A stretch of DNA of 64,000 nucleotides, taken from assembly GCA_964016885.1 (NCBI GenBank), contig OZ024743.1, forward strand, positions 362,204,001-362,268,000. Direction: 5' to 3'. Within the stretch, counting starts at the first letter, position 1; each line of letters begins with the position of its first letter. The translations under genes were made by a program, and so were the position numbers. The DNA is from Eledone cirrhosa (lineage: Eukaryota). Shown piece after piece: positions 62,552 to 64,000 of the stretch. The notes under the pieces were generated by a model that had not been told where the DNA came from, did no database searches, and was given only the letters and a program-made list of their open reading frames with translations.

Positions 62552-62585
62552 CTGAAAAGTTAAAAGAGGAAAAGAGATCACTCAC
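62552..62585 (-). promoter_or_regulatory. Putative splice donor (AGG|GTGAGT) and acceptor (TTTTCAG|) between ORF1 and ORF2, family D
   Basis: Consensus match; positionally conserved across families. Confidence 0.6.
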
Positions 62586-64000
62586 CCTTCGCCTCCTGGG
62601 GACCAGGCCGCACGATTTCCATGGGGGTGTTGGAGGGGTTGTCTGGATGGGTGGTGGTTTCCGGCGGGGTGGGGACGCAGATGTTTGGTGGGGTGGGGTC
62701 TGGTGGGATGGGGGTGTCTGGGGTGGGGAGGCATTTGAGAAGGACGCGGTTGAGTGGTTTCACGCAGGAATTCCCCACATCCTTCTCAAATGTTTCTTTT
62801 AGGGACCTATAAGTTTGTATAGGGACCCTAATCAGTTTTAGGTTCATTTTTTTGCTATTTTTTATAGAGTGGGCGAAAGTTTTCCCTTCGGTGAAAACCG
62901 AAGGGTCGTTCGTGATGGTCTCCATTAGTGTTTTGTTTTCAGTGTTTATGTAAGTGTAAGTGTAATTTTCTTGTGTTGTGTTTGTTTTTGTCTGTAGTTC
63001 TTGTGTGTGCTTTCGTTTTGTTGTAGGTATTTTGTTTTCAGGAGGTGGGGGTTTTGTTTGTGATATTTTTGTTGTTTGTGTTGGTGGTTGTATGTTTGTG
63101 GTAGTGTTTGCTGGTTTTTTGCTTTTGTGATGTCTTTTCTTTCTTTTCGAGCGATGGGGTTCTCCCTCGTCTTCACTGGGTGATGGCGAGATAGCCTCAT
63201 CTGTTGTATCGTGTGTGTGATTGGGGAGGGGTATGTCTTGGGGAGCTGTTGTGTCTGTATGTGATTTTGAAGTGGTTTTAGGTGGAGTGAGGTTGGGTGG
63301 GACTGTGTTTGTTGTGGTTATTTTTGTGTGTTGGTGTTGTTGTTGTAGTGGTGGTGTTGGTGGTTGTGTTGTTTTGATGGGTGTTGGCAGAAGAGCCTTT
63401 TTTTGGTTCATTAGTTTAGGACAGGAAGCCCTCAGGTGACCCCTGCTAAAGCAATGGTAACATGAAGGCCGCCTACCCTCAACCGAAAGGTTTATGTAGG
63501 TAAGTCCGTCCAGGAGTACACGCTGTGGGATCATAGCTATTCGCTCTGGGCTCATTTGCACCAGAACTTCAATGCTAGTCCCATTGAATACATCTCTGGG
63601 GGACTTGCCTACTGACAGTATTCTGTCTTCATCAAAATTGATGAAGCCGCACAGTATCCACCATATGTTCACCTTTGGTGTGACACTTGTGACTCTGATC
63701 TTTTGTGTCCTTTTTCCCATGTATGTAGGGAAAAAGGTGTACAGGTTGGATACAATTGGCGACACAGAGTAATTTTGGGCCGTCAATTGATCCTTCATCA
63801 GTACCGAAATACTCCCAAAAAGTTTGCTTCTTTGAATGAATGCAATATCATTCATTGAATCTTTGAAAACCAGTTCAATATCTTTCTGTGACAATTGGAC
63901 TGGTTTTCGGGTAGAATTGGAAACTGTCCTAAAAACTATCGTTTTGAGAGCAGTTTCCTTGCGAATTTCTACCGGAGAATTGATGCTGAAAGCACCATTT
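62578..64000 (-). CDS. ORF1p (partial): gag-like nucleic-acid-binding protein with CCHC knuckle, P/T/Q-rich linker and conserved C-terminal domain
   Basis: CYHCFSRGHLRASC. The frame stays open to the window edge (NGAFSINSP..VFRT) and aligns with ORF1 of families B and C. Confidence 0.9.
   Translation of the reverse strand, partial: NGAFSINSPVEIRKETALKTIVFRTVSNSTRKPVQLSQKDIELVFKDSMNDIAFIQRSKLFGSISVLMKDQLTAQNYSVSPIVSNLYTFFPTYMGKRTQKIRVTSVTPKVNIWWILCGFINFDEDRILSVGKSPRDVFNGTSIEVLVQMSPERIAMIPQRVLLDGLTYINLSVEGRRPSCYHCFSRGHLRASCPKLMNQKKALLPTPIKTTQPPTPPLQQQHQHTKITTTNTVPPNLTPPKTTSKSHTDTTAPQDIPLPNHTHDTTDEAISPSPSEDEGEPHRSKRKKRHHKSKKPANTTTNIQPPTQTTKISQTKPPPPENKIPTTKRKHTQELQTKTNTTQENYTYTYINTENKTLMETITNDPSVFTEGKTFAHSIKNSKKMNLKLIRVPIQTYRSLKETFEKDVGNSCVKPLNRVLLKCLPTPDTPIPPDPTPPNICVPTPPETTTHPDNPSNTPMEIVRPGPQEAKGE

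Larger units (their letters stand above)
58866..64000 (-). mobile_element. Tx1/L1-clade LINE (family D), intact as far as visible; 5' end lies beyond the window
   Basis: Uninterrupted ORF2 and ORF1; 3' UTR with AATAAA and (TATC)n tail. Confidence 0.96.

Noticed and set aside
62552-62585. Micro-intron fusing ORF1 and ORF2 into one protein
   Set aside because: Removing 34 nt leaves ORF2 out of frame, and the length is below usual metazoan intron minima.

Overview
Gene-free, microsatellite-rich eukaryotic DNA. The SINE family and repeat style suggest an octopus-like cephalopod (inference). Almost everything is transposon-derived. There are three R4/Dong-clade (RT + restriction-like endonuclease) LINEs in (TAA)n tracts, one with an intact 1130-aa ORF. 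At least five families of Tx1/L1-clade LINEs are present, including a head-to-tail stack of three different families in (GATA)n tracts (47.2-64 kb, the last with an intact ORF2). The window also holds Penelope-like RT and GIY-YIG fragments, several hammerhead-ribozyme motifs, RTE and CR1-like remnants, a mariner fossil, MITEs, a probable Helitron carrying a minisatellite, and many tRNA-derived Nin/Deu-core SINEs. Two candidates for new biology stand out. (1) Every Tx1 family here with a visible ORF1/ORF2 junction has a canonical splice donor at the end of ORF1 and an acceptor-like YGTAG at the end of ORF2. Both full 5' UTRs also carry a donor, and two families have an acceptor just before ORF2. 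This suggests ORF1-only and ORF2-only mRNAs made by alternative splicing. (2) A SINE cluster inside an R4 leader carries strand-biased T>C (A>G on the element strand) hypermutation with ADAR-like neighbour preference. All calls come from reading the sequence; no searches or folding programs were run.
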